Notes under the pieces: model-generated | Seen by the model: only the letters and a program-made list of their open reading frames with translations | Told to the model about the DNA's origin: nothing | Databases searched by the model: none | Translations under genes and position numbers: made by a program | In this document: positions 60,621 to 64,000 of the stretch, one piece after another | Layout of the letters: each line of letters begins with the position of its first letter | Position numbering within the stretch: the first letter of the stretch is position 1 | Assembly: GCF_009834535.1 (NCBI RefSeq) | Contig: NC_045697.1 | Coordinates: forward strand, 87,732,001 to 87,796,000 | DNA: 64,000 nucleotides | Source of the DNA: Camelus ferus | Taxonomy: Eukaryota | Direction of reading: 5' to 3'

Positions 60621-63049
60621 GGAAAAATAGGATAAAAATACGGAAATTATAGGAAAATCATTAGCAGTTGTTTGGTTATTTCTCTGTGTCAATAGACTTT
60701 TGTTTAATATTTTAGATATTTGAGCAGTACTGTAAGAGCCTTTGTTTAGTTTCCTTCACATTAAAAATAGCAAGTTGAGCAGCCAACTTTTCAAAGTGAG
60801 GTTATAAATTAGGAAAAAAAGAGAGAAGAAAATGATATGGAACCTCTAAGTTAAATAAACCCTCTTATCCAATTTAAAGTTCGTAAAGGGAAGAGATACA
60901 TTATAAGGGGAACTTTTTTCTGTTTTACAGTTAGCTATCAAAATACCTCTATAATTATTATTTGTTTAGAACTCAAAACCTTATTAAAAGGGGCGTATTT
61001 TTAGAGGGGACTCTTCCTTCCAATTAAAACAAAAATTGCAAAACCCTAAAAAAAAATCTATGACAGGAAAGCAATTTTTTTTTTTTTATAAATTATTATT
61101 TTAAATTCCCATACAGTCCTTTGAAGAAGGTGCTTTGGGAGAGTTGTCCTGAAACTCAGATGCCATAGAACTCTAGTATTTTATGAACTAGGTCAGGTTA
61201 TTTTACTGTAAAAATCAAGTAAAGGGCAATGGTTGAATAGGAAATACCAAAAATGAACTTATGTTTTTCAATTTTTCAATAACTTTTTTCATTTCCCTAC
61301 ACTCACATCTAACACAGTATTTGATTTAGCACAAACATACATTTAGTTTATTTAAGTTTGATAATTATTTGGTTTAATAAGTTCATTTTTTATGGTGTTC
61401 TATAAAATGGCTCACAACAGCCAGGTGCTCTCTCACCTGAATGCAACTAGGAAATGAGTGCATATGCCCACGTCCCACCCAGGCTATTTCTTGGGCTCTA
61501 TTGTATTTTAATCTCATGAGGCTTGTAAAGAAATAATAGCCTTAAATCACTAACTCTCAAATCCTTTAGGGGCAAGCAGAGGCCAGTTTGAAAAGAACCA
61601 CCACCCAAGAGCTCCAGTTTGATCCTAAATGTCCCCAGTTCTTTCCTTCTTGAGTTTCCTTTAAATCTTCGTATCATTACCACTCATGAGCTCATCTTTC
61701 TTATATTTTAAAAAATTAACTTATTTTAAAGATGTAGCTATTTTTCAGAAACGCTTTTCCTCCGATTTTCTTATTCCTCTTCTCTTCTTTTTCTCTGTTT
61801 TTATCCCTGATTTTTTCTCTTAGAGCTAGTAAAATGCTTATAACTCTTATCCTTTCTTGTCACAGAATGACAGATTTATCCCCATCTAGTGCTTTCAGGG
61901 GTTCTGGATACAGGAGAGTTGATACCCAATTTCTACCAAATATGGAAATAACTAATATTTTTTTTAGAGGTGGGTATGAAGGTCATTTGCTAGATTTGAA
62001 AATGCATTGTAGGACATATTAGGCTGCTGTAAACATTGCCTTCTTCGTAGGGAAAATATTAGCCAAATATTGCCAGTTTGAACAGACTCATTAATTATAA
62101 AGTCACACCAGCATTTATCAGAGATGCTCTACTGATTCCCATGTTTTTCACTTCAACAAATTCAGAAAATACAAATATCTATTTTGAAACAAGTATACTT
62201 AGAATCCTCCCCATCCTAGCTTCCTGAGAAAACCACACTAAGTATAACGTCATTTTTGGTGTTTAATTCCCTGACGTGCCGTTTCACAATTGCATATGGT
62301 TTTCCTAAAACTTCAGTTGTTTTCAGTTATTACCCTAAATAGATGGAAATTCATAACATCACTTGCTGATTTTAGTTAAAGTTTAGTACTAAATATACTT
62401 GAGAAAAAAAGTGTATGTATTTTACAATGAGATAACTGTGAAAGCTTTGGCCCCATAGACTGGCATGTCTGATAATGCCACATTTCAGCAACTTCATGAG
62501 CAAAATCCAATTTTCTCTCCTGTGGTTTTGATGATTCATAGGTCCATTCCTGCCTCTGGATCAAGACCATATTTTATCAAGAATCTTGTAATATCTTCCC
62601 TTGTTCAGTAGTGAATTGCTTCCTGCAATGTTCTTTTTCTTGATAACACCTGTACCAAGCTGTTGAGGAAGCAGTTTACAGAGCAATACTTGAAAACAGA
62701 TTCTTGTCTCTTCACCTGAATGGAAGGAACATTTCACTGGAAAAACATTGCTTATAAAGCCAAATTACTCTTAACCTCATCTACATATAATTTTGGTTGT
62801 ATTACTAAAATTAGTCACTATAGTGAAAAAATTTCATGTGCATAGCACACTGAAAATTGAACCCTTGGCTCAAGATATCTTATTTCTATGTCATTTATCA
62901 TAGTAGTTTCATGAGACCATATATTTCCTAAACTTGGAGGAAAAATAATTTAAAATATTTTTATTGGTATACAATGTTTGCAGTGCCAGATTATAATGAA
63001 TAACTTCATCTTTGAGAATGGTCAAAAATAAACTGTGAAAGTATGCCAG

Positions 63050-63105
63050 ATCTATCCATCCATTCATCTATCCATTCATCCGTCCTGCCCACCCATCATC
63101 CATCC
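63050..63105. repeat. Degenerate (TCCA)n tract
   Basis: tctatccatccattcatctatccattcatcc...catccatcc. Confidence 0.65.
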
Positions 63106-63659
63106 TTTATTCTCATATTCTCTATGTGGAGATATTTGAGACTGAGGACTGGGGGAGAACATATCACATTTTCTGCAGAGCTGAAGAAAAGGCATGGAGG
63201 TTGGCATTAGACTGCAAAATGGAAGTTGGAACATAATTCTACATTGAAGGATGTGGTCATTAAAACTCAGGAAAGGGGAAACAGAATAAAACACATCATT
63301 TGTTGAAAGAAAGTCCACTTAAAAACAAGACTTACTGCAATTGTACTGTCACAAACATATGTGAAATGCATCACAAATGTACTCAATAATTACTTTCCTC
63401 CAGAAATAGCTAGTATGCAACACAGAAGCCCTCTGACATCAGCCCTCTGCTTTTCTAATAGGAAATAAATCTTTGTAACAGCTGAGAGATAAAGGAGGAA
63501 TTATCAGAAGAGACTAAATATCCAAATCAAGGTCCATAGGATAAAAAATACATAAAAAATAAGAAGCTTCTCTGGTAAAAATAAAGAAAACAGATGGAAA
63601 AAGCGACCCACATTTTAAAATGACAGTAAGTTGAGACTGATTCAAGAAAGGAAAATATA

Positions 63660-63860
63660 GAATTTGGACTTAGAATTGGGTAAGAAATCTCTAGCTTTAT
63701 CTATGTTTGTACACGCAGGTAAATTATTTAAATGTATTCTAATGTATACATATATTTAATTGTCAAGTGGACCTAAATGTTTTCTCATGATTAAATGAGA
63801 TAATGTATGAAAAATAATTAGGATTTTGTCTGAAAAGGCACTCAATAGATATTAAATTTC
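63660..63860 (+). mobile_element. MIR fragment
   Basis: 'catgattaaatgagataatgtatgaaaa...aggcactcaatagatatt'. Confidence 0.6.
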
Positions 63861-64000
63861 TTCTTCTTCTTTCTAATTCCCTGGAGATTGTTTATTATTG
63901 CTTTAAAATTTTCTAAAATTGATTGCTGATATACTTACGTTCATTCTTTTTTTTTTTAATCATAAAGGATTTTATAACTTTGGCTTTGTCTTTAAAATCA

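Noticed and set aside
1..64000. Naming a host gene, or claiming a novel multi-gene system
   Set aside because: No recognisable exon or RNA gene is present. The locus cannot be identified without alignment, and nothing indicates foreign or operon-like DNA.

Overview
AT-rich mammalian non-coding DNA (intergenic, or inside a long intron). It is most likely camelid (alpaca, llama or camel), judged from two tRNA-derived SINEs with Vic-1-type architecture and short lineage-type L1 3' ends. I see no credible protein-coding gene. The only ORFs with recognisable protein similarity are decayed LINE-1 ORF2 pieces: the endonuclease domain at ~38.5-39.4 kb and the RT 'LFADDM' region at ~42.4-43.8 kb. Much of the window is layered transposable-element debris. 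The ancient layer is L2, MIR, L3/CR1, MLT1 (MaLR) LTRs, MER74, hAT MITEs (MER33, MER53, MER20B, MER103C) and old L1M. The younger layer has visible target-site duplications (TSDs): an intact ERV1-like solo LTR, SINEs and truncated L1s. Between repeats lie repeat-poor stretches with CpG-retaining patches, hairpins and splice-like signals that may be regulatory elements or lncRNA exons. Repeat family names come from my recollection of consensus sequences, not from a database search. Boundaries without a TSD are approximate. I found no convincing novel multi-component system; the best leads are the solo LTR promoter, the rearranged L1 and the CpG-retaining patches.
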